Assembly (NCBI GenBank): GCA_963976765.1
Contig: CAXBME010000032.1
Span: 1 to 64,000 of the forward strand
Reading direction: 5' to 3'
Source: an uncultured Planctomycetaceae bacterium
Lineage (GTDB): Bacteria; Planctomycetota; Planctomycetia; Planctomycetales; Planctomycetaceae
DNA: 64,000 nucleotides
A program made the position numbers and the translations under genes. Positions 28,591-39,062 of this stretch are shown here, one piece after another. Each line of letters begins with the position of its first letter. Position 1 is the first letter of the stretch. A model generated the notes under the pieces. The model worked only from the letters and a program-made list of their open reading frames with translations. It had not been told where the DNA came from and ran no database searches.

Positions 28591-28906
28591 CGATAAGCCC
28601 CTGAAAATATCCGGATCAGCGAATCTGCATCGCGCGACGCTTAAACGAAACAGAACACGGCCTCTTTACAGGTTGGCTGTTTGAGCCGTACGTTTCATGA
28701 CGCAACCACAATAGCTATGAATTGATATGTTTGTGTACTTGTTTCTGAAGCTCCAACGCATTGAATGTTTGAATGAACTGTAGAGTAGTTATAGTGGGTA
28801 TAGTACTGATCGGAAGAGTGTGACACGCAGTTTCAGTCACTGCAACTGTCCGGAGTCTCGAATCAGCCTGGCTCATTGCATCGACCACCGACGTGGTCGT
28901 TCGCTG

Positions 28907-29262
28907 TCAACCGGTTATGCGAAGTTCTGACGGACTTTCGTGATCGGTTGCGCCTTCTGCGCCACACGCCGTGATGAAGTCCAACCCCCAGGCAATCTGA
29001 GCCGTCGCAGCCGGCACCATCTTTTGGGCAGCCTCACGACTGGTTTTCGGGCCCGAATGAGGGAGATCGATCGGGCCCCAGCTCCCCACCGTATCGTTTT
29101 CACTCGCCGAGGCGAGGCCAGCCCACGCCCTCCGGGCTGAATGCTACGCTCCAGACACAGTCGATGTGTCCACTCAGCGTGAGCAACGCAGCACCCGCGA
29201 TGGCAGGTAGTTGCTCGAGTCCATGCCGGGAAGTTTCTGATCCAGTAAGGATAGTGGGCAAT
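28907..29262 (-). pseudogene. Mosaic of decayed gene fragments (receiver domain, WD40 repeat, possible phage-like HTH)
   Basis: LLDQKLPGMD; LLTLSGHIDCVWSVAFSPEG/RGLAS...KTIRW across a frameshift; TSREAA...GATDHE. Confidence 0.55.
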
Positions 29263-29367
29263 AGAACCCCGCAAGTGTCTTGCTTGCAGTCACTTACCGA
29301 ATTCCGCCTCAAATTGCAGAAACTGACTGAACTTTCTGAGGACAGTCGCTGATACCGAAAACCCAAC

Positions 29368-29397
29368 AAAAAAAACGCCGATCGCATTTGATCAGCG
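29368..29397 (-). terminator. Intrinsic terminator after phoB
   Basis: Minus strand CGCTGATC-AAATGC-GATCGGCG followed by T8. Confidence 0.75.
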
Positions 29398-29419
29398 GCC
29401 TTCGTTCGAAAGATAGTGG

Positions 29420-30106
29420 TTACTCGCGTTTGAATCGATAGCCGATGCCGCGGATGGTCTCGATCAGGTCGCCAGTTTCGCCCATCTTTTTTCGCAACGC
29501 CCGCACGTGGACGTCGATCGTTCTTTCGAGGGCGTTGGCGTCCATTCCTCGGCTGCTGTCCATGAGTTCGAGCCGGGAAAAGGATCGGCCTGGTTGTCGC
29601 ATTAATGTCCAGAGCAGCCGAAACTCAGTGCGAGTCAGTTCAAGTTCTTTCTCGCTGATTCGGACTTCGAAGCTGGCTTTGTCGATTTCGACGCCGTGGA
29701 CTGACAGCACAGACGTTTCCGACTTGCTCTTTTCGTTTCGTCGAAGCAGAGCCTTAATGCGATGAATGAGCGGTCGGACTTTGAATGGTTTCGTGACGTA
29801 GTCGTCCGCCCCGACGTTGAAGCCGACGACCTCGTCCGTCTCTTCGCTGCGAGCAGTCAGCATGAGAACGCGGATGTTCTGAGTTTTGGGGTCGCTGCGG
29901 AGCTGGGAGCAAACCTGCAGACCGTCAACGAGTGGCAGCATCAGGTCGAGGATGACCAGATCCGGCAATGAAGAACGGGCGCGTTCCAGACCGTCGCGAC
30001 CGTTGTTGGCCGTCAGTACTTCGAAGCCCTCTTTCTCGAGGTTGTAGGATAGAACCTCAACCAGAGACGGCTCGTCTTCGACAATGAGTATCGTGTGGCT
30101 CGACAT
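29420..30106 (-). CDS. phoB: OmpR-family response regulator PhoB
   Basis: VEDE, ILDLMLP, GADDYVTKPF, wHTH RTIDVHVRALRKK, IRGIGY; at the end of the pst operon. Confidence 0.85.
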   Translation of the reverse strand: MSSHTILIVEDEPSLVEVLSYNLEKEGFEVLTANNGRDGLERARSSLPDLVILDLMLPLVDGLQVCSQLRSDPKTQNIRVLMLTARSEETDEVVGFNVGADDYVTKPFKVRPLIHRIKALLRRNEKSKSETSVLSVHGVEIDKASFEVRISEKELELTRTEFRLLWTLMRQPGRSFSRLELMDSSRGMDANALERTIDVHVRALRKKMGETGDLIETIRGIGYRFKRE

Positions 30107-30290
30107 TTCAGTGTGGCTCGATTCTGCTCGGCATTGGTGCTGTTAACAGCTGGAAGTCTGTTTCGACAGATGCCCGAATCTGGACAGTTGTGCGAACAAC
30201 GATCAAATCGATGTTAGTGTTGCGTTTATTGGGGATGGCCATTTCGGTCCGGCTGTGTTTAACAGGAGCAGAGTATTTCGAGTCTCTGCG

Positions 30291-30965
30291 TTATCGCCTG
30301 GCGGCGCGGAAGTCCGCACGATGTCGAATGATGACGCCTTCCACCATGAAGACGACATCTTCTGCGATATTTGTTGCATGGTCGGCGACTCGTTCGATGT
30401 GACGCGTTGCGGAGAAAAGGTGCAGCGCCGGCTCGACGAGTTCCGGAGATGACCGCATGACATCATGAAGTTCCGAGATAATTTCTGCGTTCAGACGATC
30501 GACTTCGTCGTCAGACGCCAGGATTTTGCGGGCTCCCTGACCGTCAAGTTCGACGTAGCAGTCGATACTGCGATGCAGCATTTCGAGCGCCTTACGGGAC
30601 ATGTCGACGAGCTTGTCAGAAACGACAACTTCGGCTTTCCCGACGAGTCCCGCCGCACGTTCGGCAATGTTGACGCCAAGGTCTGCGACTCGTTCGAGTT
30701 CGCCAGTGATCTTCAGAACGGTGGCAATGCGACGGAGGTCAATGGCGACAGGCTGGTGTAACGCCAGAATCTTCAGGCAATCGTTTTCGATCTGCACGTC
30801 CATCGTGTCGATTTCATCGTCGGCCAGGGCGAGTTCTTCGGCCAGTTCAAGACTGGGTGAACGGACTCCGTCGACCGCTCGATGGATCATGTCTTCGACA
30901 ACCGAGCACATGTGAAGTATGTCGTGATGCAACCCGTCGAGGTCGCGTTCCAGGTGAATTGACAT
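30291..30965 (-). CDS. phoU: Phosphate signaling protein PhoU
   Basis: LALHQPVAIDLR, ERVADL, ERVADHATNIAE. Confidence 0.93.
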   Translation of the reverse strand: MSIHLERDLDGLHHDILHMCSVVEDMIHRAVDGVRSPSLELAEELALADDEIDTMDVQIENDCLKILALHQPVAIDLRRIATVLKITGELERVADLGVNIAERAAGLVGKAEVVVSDKLVDMSRKALEMLHRSIDCYVELDGQGARKILASDDEVDRLNAEIISELHDVMRSSPELVEPALHLFSATRHIERVADHATNIAEDVVFMVEGVIIRHRADFRAARR

Positions 30966-31045
30966 CGTGAGGGATCTTTCCGGAGGTTTCTTCGGCAGCA
31001 AATAAACGCTCAGAGATGCCTTGCCGCTGAGTTTTACTGACCGGC

Positions 31046-31972
31046 TTAACCAAATCGACCGGTGATGTAGTCTTCCGTCTGCTTTTCAGTTGGATTCGTA
31101 AACAAGGCGCGTGTGTCGCCGGTTTCAACGAGCACGCCCTGAAAGAAAAAGGCCGTTCGCTGACTGACGCGAGCGGCCTGCTGCATGTTGTGAGTCACGA
31201 TGACGATGGTGTAGTTCTTTTTGAGTTCGAAGATCAGGTCTTCGACACGGGCTGTCGATGCAGGGTCGAGCGCCGAAGCTGGCTCGTCCATCAGAACAAC
31301 ATCCGGGTCTGTGGCGAGTGTTCGAGCAATGCACAATCGCTGTTGCTGTCCCCCGGAAAGTGCCATTGCCGAGCCGTTCAGACGATCTTTCACTTCGTCC
31401 CACAGCGCCGCTCGTTTCAGCGAAGTTTCGACGATCTCGTTGAGTTTCGCCTTGTTGCGAAGGCCGGCCACTCTGGGGCCGTACGCGATGTTCTCGAAGA
31501 TCGATTTGGGGAACGGCGTCGACTTCTGAAAAACCATGCCCACGCGTTTTCGAAGCAGCACGACATCGACTGACGGAGCGTAAACATCGGAACCTTCGAG
31601 CAGTACGTCGCCGGTGTGCCGCGTGCCGTCGATGATATCGTTCATCCGGTTGAGCATTCTGAGAAACGTGCTCTTGCCGCAGCCCGATGGGCCAATAAAC
31701 GCGGTGACTGATTTCTCGGGAATGTCCAGCGACACGTTGTGCAGAACCTGATTGTCGCCGTAAAAGAAGTCGACATTCTTTGCGCGAATCTTGACGGGTT
31801 GAGTGACTTCGCCCGTTGGCTGCTTGGTTACCATTGGACGTACGGTTGTGATGGGCGTCTGGCCCTTTGTCGCTGCGGATCGAGTACCGGCTGCATCCAC
31901 GTGAAGTACCTCACTCTGGTCGATTGCGTATGTTGGCAGAACGGTCGGCATTGAGTTCATGAATCCAGTCAC
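31046..31972 (-). CDS. pstB: Phosphate ABC transporter ATPase
   Basis: [41 protein letters not shown]. Confidence 0.95.
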   Translation of the reverse strand: MTGFMNSMPTVLPTYAIDQSEVLHVDAAGTRSAATKGQTPITTVRPMVTKQPTGEVTQPVKIRAKNVDFFYGDNQVLHNVSLDIPEKSVTAFIGPSGCGKSTFLRMLNRMNDIIDGTRHTGDVLLEGSDVYAPSVDVVLLRKRVGMVFQKSTPFPKSIFENIAYGPRVAGLRNKAKLNEIVETSLKRAALWDEVKDRLNGSAMALSGGQQQRLCIARTLATDPDVVLMDEPASALDPASTARVEDLIFELKKNYTIVIVTHNMQQAARVSQRTAFFFQGVLVETGDTRALFTNPTEKQTEDYITGRFG

Positions 31973-32973
31973 CAGGATATTTTCTTCTGGGCTCGGTTGC
32001 GTATCACGATCGCGGTGGCGTTAAAAACGACCAGCAGAATCAGGAGCACCAGGCTCCCGGCAGCAGCCAGATTCTGAAACTCTTCTTTGGGCTGCTCGAT
32101 CCAGTTCGTGATCTGAATGGTGATCGAGGTGAAAACGTCAAAAGGAGCATCCAGCACGCGCTGAGGATCTTGGACGGCCTGCATCGGCGTATCGAGGTTG
32201 CCCGGTGTGAACGCAACGTAGCTCATTGCCCCAACCACGATGAGAGGAGCGGTTTCACCCATTGCGCGAGACAAAGCAAGAATGACTCCTGTCGCGATGC
32301 CCGGTATGGCCGCAGGAAGAACCTGGTAGCGGATCGTTTGCCACTCGGTCGCGCCCAGTGCGTATGACGCGTGACGGATTGAAGGGGGTACTGCCCGCAA
32401 GGCTTCCTGTGAGGCGATGATGACCACCGGAAGAATCAGCAGGCTGAGTGTGAAAGACCCGGCCAGCAGGCAACGTCCCAACGGAAGTGGAATTTCAAGC
32501 GTTCCGAATCCGAGAGAGACTGCCAGAGTCCAGCCATCAGCAGCGGAGATCATGCCGAACATTCGCACAAACGCTGTGACACCGAGCATTCCATAGACGA
32601 TCGACGGGACACCGGCGAGGTTCGAAAGGTTGAGTTTAATCAGTCGAGTGAAACGGTTGTCGGTGGCGTATTCTTCGAGGTAGAGCGCGGCGCCGACCCC
32701 CATCGGAACGGTGAAGATCGCGGTGAATAAGATCAGCCAGGATGTTCCCCAGAGACCGGCGAGCAAACCAGCCTTTCCTGGACGGCGAGAATCGAACCCA
32801 GTCAGAAATTCAATGTCGAGCCATCCCCACGCCTGCCAGATGACGCCAGCCAGCAGAACCGCCAGAAACAGCAGGGCGGAACCGGTTGCGATGCGGCAAA
32901 CCCACTCGAAGCATGTCGAGATCCGATGTCGCCGCTTGAGAAGTGCGGCGTATTCAATGTGCTGATCGCTCAA
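31969..32973 (-). CDS. pstA: Phosphate ABC transporter permease
   Basis: [33 protein letters not shown]. Confidence 0.93.
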   Translation of the reverse strand: MSDQHIEYAALLKRRHRISTCFEWVCRIATGSALLFLAVLLAGVIWQAWGWLDIEFLTGFDSRRPGKAGLLAGLWGTSWLILFTAIFTVPMGVGAALYLEEYATDNRFTRLIKLNLSNLAGVPSIVYGMLGVTAFVRMFGMISAADGWTLAVSLGFGTLEIPLPLGRCLLAGSFTLSLLILPVVIIASQEALRAVPPSIRHASYALGATEWQTIRYQVLPAAIPGIATGVILALSRAMGETAPLIVVGAMSYVAFTPGNLDTPMQAVQDPQRVLDAPFDVFTSITIQITNWIEQPKEEFQNLAAAGSLVLLILLVVFNATAIVIRNRAQKKISW

Positions 32974-33995
32974 TGGTAAACCTCGCGGAAACGCCGCAGC
33001 ACGAACTGCGAAATGATGTTCATGACCAGCGTCATCAGGAACAGAGTCAGCCCGACGGCGTAAATGCTCTTCTCTTCGATGCTGCCAATGACTGCGTCGC
33101 CCTTGCTGACGTTGACGATGTAAGAGGTCATCGTTGCAACACTGTTTAACGGATCAGACGTGACGATTGCCGTCTGACCGGCAGCGATAGTAACGGCCAT
33201 TGTTTCGCCGATGGCCCGCGAGATCGCCAGCAGGAACGAGGCGATGATTCCTGACAGTGCGGCAGGAACAACGACTCGTGTAGAGACGTCAAACCTGGTT
33301 GAGCCCAGTGCGTATGCGGCTTCCCGCAGGCTGCGAGGCACAGACCGCAGGACGTCTTCGCTCAGCGACGAGATCATTGGAATGATCATAATGCCGACGA
33401 CGATGCCGGCGCTGGCAGCGTTGAACACTCCAACGTCAAAGCCCAGAAAGTCCTGAAAGATCGGTTTCAGCACGTACGGTGTCACAAAGACTAACGCGAA
33501 GTAACCGTAAACGACTGTCGGGATACCGGCCAGAATTTCCAGCACGGGTTTGAAGATGGAACGAGTTCGCCGGGCGGCGTACTCGCTGAGGTAGATGGCG
33601 CTGCAGAGGCCAATCGGAAGGCCGATCAGTGCGGCAATTCCGGAGACCATCAGCGTTCCGCAGACCAGTGGCATGATCCCGAAATGCTTCTCGGTGTAAC
33701 CAGGAGTCCATCGTGTTTCGGTGACGAATTCTGTCAGGGAAACCTGCTGGAAGAACGCCTCGTTGGTACGAACTTCGCCGTTGGGACTGACTTGTCGAGG
33801 GGACACATCGTAGATCGCGTTGCTGAAGAGGACGGCTACGATTCCGAGCGTCGTCAGAATTGAAACTGCCGCGCAAAGAAACAGCAGTGACCGAATGCCC
33901 CACTCTTTGAGTCGGACCAGCGACGCTGAACGGTGCAACGACGAGGTCGCTCTAGAGAGCGTGACGTCGGAGGAAGAAGCCGAAGCTGTAGACAT
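32970..33995 (-). CDS. pstC: Phosphate ABC transporter permease
   Basis: [34 protein letters not shown]. Confidence 0.93.
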   Translation of the reverse strand: MSTASASSSDVTLSRATSSLHRSASLVRLKEWGIRSLLFLCAAVSILTTLGIVAVLFSNAIYDVSPRQVSPNGEVRTNEAFFQQVSLTEFVTETRWTPGYTEKHFGIMPLVCGTLMVSGIAALIGLPIGLCSAIYLSEYAARRTRSIFKPVLEILAGIPTVVYGYFALVFVTPYVLKPIFQDFLGFDVGVFNAASAGIVVGIMIIPMISSLSEDVLRSVPRSLREAAYALGSTRFDVSTRVVVPAALSGIIASFLLAISRAIGETMAVTIAAGQTAIVTSDPLNSVATMTSYIVNVSKGDAVIGSIEEKSIYAVGLTLFLMTLVMNIISQFVLRRFREVYH

Positions 33996-34012
33996 CTGAA
34001 GAATCTCCTGAC

Positions 34013-34042
34013 CGGTCGGCTGTTGGGTTAGCCAGCCGACCG
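34013..34042. promoter_or_regulatory. Hairpin between pstS and pstC (probable mRNA stabiliser/attenuator)
   Basis: CGGTCGGCTG-N10-CAGCCGACCG perfect 10-bp stem. Confidence 0.55.
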
Positions 34043-34068
34043 ACCAAACGAGTTCTGTTTTGCGAGTG

Positions 34069-35097
34069 TTACTCGCCGATCGCCGCTTTCAACGCTTCGA
34101 CGGTTTCCGCGTGAGTTTCCTGACCCAGGCGGACGTAGCCGACTTCGCTGACGAGTTCCTGACCAGCTTCCAGGTAGTAAGTCAGAAAGTCCGCCAGTTC
34201 AGGTCGAGCGAGTTTTGCTTTGTTCACATAGAGAAACAGTGGTCGAGACAGCGGAACGTATTTTCCGCCTTCAATCGTTTCGGCTGTTGGAGCCACAGCG
34301 TCGGCGACGTCAGTGGTTGCTGAAACGGGAACAGCCTTCAACTTTGCTGCGTTTTCCAGGTAATACGCAAAGCCGAAGTAGCCAAGGGCGTACTTGCCGC
34401 CTGAAACTCCACGTACCAGAATGTTGTCGTCAGAACTCGGCGTGTACTCCGTTCTGCTGGCACCTTCTTCGCCACAGATGGCTTCTGTGAAATAGTCGAA
34501 CGTACCCGAATCAGTGTCTGGTCCGTAGAGTTCGATTTCGTGGTCCGGCCATGAAGGATCGAGTTCGTTCCACTTTTTAACGGTACTGCCTGGCTCCCAG
34601 AGTTTCTTGAGCTGTGCGACCGTGATGGCTTTGCACCAGTCGTTTTCCGGGTTCACCACAACGCTGATTCCGTCGATGGCGACTTTCATTTCAAGGTACT
34701 CAATGCCGTTGTCTTTACATTGAGTCGCTTCTTTTTCCTTAATGGGGCGGGACGCGTCGTTGATGTCGGTTTCGCCCGCGACGAACTTTTTAAAACCCCC
34801 GCCCGTGCCGGAGGTTCCGACGACGATCTTCACGTTGGGATGTGAGCCCTGGAATTCTTCAGCAACGGCCTGAGAGATCGGGTAGACCGTGCTGGAACCG
34901 TCTATCAGAATTCGCTTCTGATCATCGCCCGAGCCACCGCCTGGGGTTTCAGTTCCGCCGCCAGTGGTTGAGCCGGTTTCTGGAGAATCAGCAGTGCGGG
35001 AAGTCGTGCTGCTGACTTCGCAACCTGCGTTCGCAGCAAGAAAAGCGAAGGAGAAGGCCAGGAACCACGTCCTGATCAATACGGATTTAACGTTCAT
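34069..35097 (-). CDS. pstS: Phosphate-binding lipoprotein
   Basis: Lipobox [37 protein letters not shown]. Confidence 0.93.
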   Translation of the reverse strand: MNVKSVLIRTWFLAFSFAFLAANAGCEVSSTTSRTADSPETGSTTGGGTETPGGGSGDDQKRILIDGSSTVYPISQAVAEEFQGSHPNVKIVVGTSGTGGGFKKFVAGETDINDASRPIKEKEATQCKDNGIEYLEMKVAIDGISVVVNPENDWCKAITVAQLKKLWEPGSTVKKWNELDPSWPDHEIELYGPDTDSGTFDYFTEAICGEEGASRTEYTPSSDDNILVRGVSGGKYALGYFGFAYYLENAAKLKAVPVSATTDVADAVAPTAETIEGGKYVPLSRPLFLYVNKAKLARPELADFLTYYLEAGQELVSEVGYVRLGQETHAETVEALKAAIGE

Positions 35098-35184
35098 TTC
35101 TTGCCTCAATGCCACATTTTCAGGCCGTTACGAGCTTTCGCCAAGGCACCATGCCTCAGGCGTGGCGGGAAATTATGAAGCAAT

Positions 35185-35224
35185 TGTTAACCAGGCGTCC
35201 CTTTGATTGTTAAGAATTGATTAA
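35185..35224 (-). promoter_or_regulatory. Putative Pho box (TTAACA-like direct repeats)
   Basis: Minus strand TTAATC, TTAACA (+11), TTAACA (+23) upstream of pstS. Confidence 0.5.
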
Positions 35225-35323
35225 GTGACGTGTCGAGAATAACTTCCCGAAAGTCGATTCATGGTGAGTCGCGGAGCTTGTTCCAGCCGGGTGTTCAAGA
35301 GAATTTCGAAAGAATTGAAAACG

Positions 35324-36778
35324 ATGATTCACCGCCTTCGCGTTATCAATCGACTTTTGTGTTTCCTGCTGGCGTGGTTGAGCGGGGAGATCGTCACGGA
35401 AGGGCTCAGTGCTGCGGAGCGGCCCAATATTGTGCTGATCTTCGCGGACGATCTCGGCTGGCAGGAAACCGGTTTCACCGGGTCGGACTATTGCGAGACG
35501 CCGAATCTTGACCGCCTGGCCGGTGAAGGCATGGTCTTTCGCAATGCCTACGCTTCGGCGGGTAATTGTCAGCCAAGTCGAGCCTGCATGTTGTCCGGTC
35601 AGTACACGGCGCGGCATGGCGTTTATGCCGTTGGCAGTACGAAACGCGGTCCGGTTGAGTTGATGCGGATGATTCCTGTCCCGAACCGAGGCAACCTGCC
35701 GCTGGAAACCGTGACGATGGGCGAGTCACTGAAGGAAGCCGGCTATGTCACCGGCTTCTTCGGGAAGTGTCATATGAAGAAATCAGGCACTGGAAAGTCG
35801 GAGCACGCCGGATTTGATGTAGTGAAGGTTTCGCAGCATGGTCTCAACAGCAAAGACCCAGCAGACCCGAAAGCCATTTTCTCGATCACCGAGGCGGCCT
35901 GCGAGTTCATCGAGTCGAACAGGAAACGTCCCTTCTTCGCCTATCTGCCGCACTACGCTGTTCATTCGGCCTTGCAGGGACGGGCGGAGACTCTGGCTCG
36001 TTTCAAAGAGAAGCCAAAGGGAAAACTGGGGCACGGCGCACCGCTTCTGGGAGCCTGTCTGGCTGACCTGGACACGGGGATTGGAACGGTGCTGGACAAG
36101 CTCAAGGATCTGGGGCTGGAAGAGAATACGCTGGTGGTATTTACCTCGGACAATGGTGGTACCCACGTTCTGCAGGAGCCACTGCGAGGGAAGAAGGGGT
36201 GCTACTACGAAGGCGGCATTCGCGTGCCGATGATCGTCCGCTGGCCCGGCGTTGTTGAGCCGGGTTCGACATGCAATGTGCCGGTATCAAATGTCGACTT
36301 CTATCCAACGTTCCTGGCTGTTGCTGGTGGGAAGTTGCCAGTGTCTCCGCTGGATGGTGAAAACCTGACTCCCTTGTTTGATGGCAGGGCGTCGCTGATT
36401 CGTCAGTCGATCTTCTGGCATTTTCCTGGCTATCTGGACGGCCCTGTGCCACGCGGTCGCGACGCTGTCTTCCGCACGCGGCCAGTGACGGTCATCCGGA
36501 AAGGGGACTGGAAGCTGCACCTCTATCACGAAGAATGGCTGCTGGACGGCGGACGGGAAAAAATCGCCACCAGCAACGCGGTGGAACTGTACCACCTGGC
36601 CACCGATCCAGGCGAAACCACAAACGTCGCCCTGAGTCGGACTCAGGAGCGTGACGAACTGTTGAACGACCTGCTGGCCTGGATTGAGCGTGTTCCTGCG
36701 ACTTTGCCTGACGAGCCGAATCCAGTGTGGAGAGCCGACGCCATTCCCAAAGCCACAAAGAAGAAGTCGAAAAAGTAA
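35324..36778 (+). CDS. Formylglycine-dependent sulfatase
   Basis: PNIVLIFADDLGW, CQPSRA (CxPxR), FTSDNGG, YEGGIRVP. Confidence 0.93.
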   Translation: MIHRLRVINRLLCFLLAWLSGEIVTEGLSAAERPNIVLIFADDLGWQETGFTGSDYCETPNLDRLAGEGMVFRNAYASAGNCQPSRACMLSGQYTARHGVYAVGSTKRGPVELMRMIPVPNRGNLPLETVTMGESLKEAGYVTGFFGKCHMKKSGTGKSEHAGFDVVKVSQHGLNSKDPADPKAIFSITEAACEFIESNRKRPFFAYLPHYAVHSALQGRAETLARFKEKPKGKLGHGAPLLGACLADLDTGIGTVLDKLKDLGLEENTLVVFTSDNGGTHVLQEPLRGKKGCYYEGGIRVPMIVRWPGVVEPGSTCNVPVSNVDFYPTFLAVAGGKLPVSPLDGENLTPLFDGRASLIRQSIFWHFPGYLDGPVPRGRDAVFRTRPVTVIRKGDWKLHLYHEEWLLDGGREKIATSNAVELYHLATDPGETTNVALSRTQERDELLNDLLAWIERVPATLPDEPNPVWRADAIPKATKKKSKK

Positions 36779-37050
36779 CGACCAGTAAAGCGAGTCATTG
36801 CCATCGGCATTCAGTTGCCGCGCTGGATGCCTCGAACCGCGTCTTCCACTCAGAAGCCTCGGGAAACCGGTGCGTCGCGTTGCAGGCTTGCCGTTGTCGA
36901 TGTCCGGAAGATCAAAACTGCCGCAGACGGGACAGGTCGTGAACGACTGCCGGGCGTTATGCCTTCCGTTCGGGACTCAGGCCAGGCATTCGATGTTTGA
37001 TGTCTCAGTCGGTGCCTCAAGCTCAATGCCGGATTCCGGAGGGAGTGTTG

Positions 37051-38340
37051 ATGCGAGCTGTCGTTTTCTTGAGTAACTGCATTGTCCTGATCGTTCAGAT
37101 GACTTCTTGCGAGGCGCAGGATGCTGGTCGATCGACGGATCTGGTGAGTGCGTTCAAGCCGCGAGTGAATGTGGCTACTGGCCAATGGGCCAAGGATGAT
37201 GACGAAATCCGGATTGCAGCCGGAGCGACGGCCCGGGCCGTGTTTGCTGAGAATGTCCCGAAGGATTATTCAGTTGATGTTGAGTTGACTCGGCAGCGCG
37301 GGGCTGAGGTCGTTGCGCTGGTTCTTCCCGTTGGTCCAACTTCGGTGGCGCTGGAACTTGGCGGGTGGGGTGGCGAGTCTCATGGTCTGGCGAGAGTCGA
37401 CGGGCAACCGACTCGCTCGGAAGAAAATCCGACGTCCGTGCGTCCGGGCAAGCTTGAGAACGGCAGGCGTTACAGACTGTCGGTGCGAGTGTCTGCTGAG
37501 GGCGGCAACTGCCAGGTTTCGGCGACGCTGGACAGGAAGAAACTCATCGACTGGAAAGGGTCTGTTTCACGATTACGGCCGCATCTGGTGTTCAACCTGC
37601 CGAAACCTGACTCACTGGGATTCGCGTCCAAAGAGAACGATGTCGTCATTCACAAGTTCGTCCTGACTGATGAGCTGTCGCCCGTATCGAAGCCGTCGTC
37701 TCCGGCATCAACGCCTGCTTTTCCTGCGACAAAAAATGATCTTGTGTCGCTTGATAATTTAGTGATGTCGGGAATGCCTGGCTGGGAGCCGTTTAACGAC
37801 GCGCGATTTACGTCCGACTCAAGCAGTGGGTCAGGAGTGATCCAGGCGGTTGCCGGAGCTGGTCAAGGCGACCGAGGTGCGTTTGTTGTTGGGGACGACT
37901 TCGCAGATGGCGTGATTGAGGTCGAGCTGAAAGGTGATTCTCGACCACAAAGCAGTTTTGTCGGTGTCGCTTTCGGCGGGAAAGACGGAGAGACTTACGA
38001 AAGCGTCTACTTTCGCACTTTCAATTTTGGAAGCACTGACGCAGTTAAAAGATCGCACGCCGTTCAGTACATCGCTCATCCCGACTGGCCGTGGGAACGG
38101 CTGCGTAAGGAACGGAGTGGTCAGTTTGAGAAGCCAGTCAGTCCAGAGCCTGGCTCTATAGACTGGTTCAAGGCTCGCGTCGAAGTGGCCGGAGACACCG
38201 TTCGCGTTTTTGTCAACGAGAGCAAGGTTCCCAGTCTTCAGGTTAAACGATTGGCCACACGACGTTCCGGAAAAGTTGGATTGTGGTTCAACGGAGTCGG
38301 CTCGTTCAGGAATCTGAAAATCAGCCCGACCCGTCGATGA
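37051..38340 (+). CDS. Secreted protein with DUF1080-like/concanavalin-like domains
   Basis: Signal peptide; FADGVIEVELKG, YFRTFN, AVQY, WFKARVEV, GKVGLW, FRNLKI. Confidence 0.7.
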   Translation: MRAVVFLSNCIVLIVQMTSCEAQDAGRSTDLVSAFKPRVNVATGQWAKDDDEIRIAAGATARAVFAENVPKDYSVDVELTRQRGAEVVALVLPVGPTSVALELGGWGGESHGLARVDGQPTRSEENPTSVRPGKLENGRRYRLSVRVSAEGGNCQVSATLDRKKLIDWKGSVSRLRPHLVFNLPKPDSLGFASKENDVVIHKFVLTDELSPVSKPSSPASTPAFPATKNDLVSLDNLVMSGMPGWEPFNDARFTSDSSSGSGVIQAVAGAGQGDRGAFVVGDDFADGVIEVELKGDSRPQSSFVGVAFGGKDGETYESVYFRTFNFGSTDAVKRSHAVQYIAHPDWPWERLRKERSGQFEKPVSPEPGSIDWFKARVEVAGDTVRVFVNESKVPSLQVKRLATRRSGKVGLWFNGVGSFRNLKISPTRR

Positions 38341-38400
38341 ATCTTCCCTGGTAAATGAATCTTCACGGACGGGATACTGAACGTTCGAGTCAAGTGATTT

Positions 38401-38628
38401 TTAGAAGTCAAGTTCGGCCTTGAGATCTTTGAAGTTGGCGAAGAGTTCGTCGATCTCGGCAAATTCGACCGATGACTCCTGGTACCATTTGGCCAGCGTT
38501 TGAAGGTCCTCGATATCCCGCTGGTCGATTTCCGGATAGAGGTCCAGCGAAAGGTCAACACTGGGGCCTGAATCAGACAGCCGCGTGGCCATACGAACGT
38601 TGGGTGAGTTGAGAGCGATAATCTTCAT
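38401..38628 (-). CDS. Small acidic hypothetical protein (75 aa)
   Basis: ATG start, host-like codons, amphipathic acidic sequence. Confidence 0.55.
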   Translation of the reverse strand: MKIIALNSPNVRMATRLSDSGPSVDLSLDLYPEIDQRDIEDLQTLAKWYQESSVEFAEIDELFANFKDLKAELDF

Positions 38629-39062
38629 GGTGAATTCCGACTCTTGAGGAAAGTCCTGGTTGAAAGCTCATGAGTTGCGACGTCGAGTGGCGTCGTTGTC
38701 TTTGATGAGGTCAACGTAGGTCTTCGAAACTTCGCGAGTCGGAAGTTGCTTCTCAAAAATGCACTGTCGACGGGATTTCGATTCGATGGTCGCAACGCAA
38801 CGTGTCACCGTTTCGCGGCGTGAGTTCTGAATCTTTCCTGCCAGGTCAGCCAGTCTCGGACAGCAGCCGCAACGTGACAACGCGATCCTGTCGGCATCAC
38901 CGAGCAGCTCGACTTTCCGACGGAGGCATATCACTGTTTTCTCTGGCCAGGAATGCAACCGGCAAATGAACGGCGCGGGGGCGATACTTTCCTGACTCGC
39001 AAGAAGTCGTCATAAAGTGCGACGGTGCGGTCAGATCTGTTGTCTTCCAGAGGAAACCTGCG

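Noticed and set aside
38668..38958. 96-aa ORF upstream of the small acidic protein
   Set aside because: No RBS or family signal that I can support
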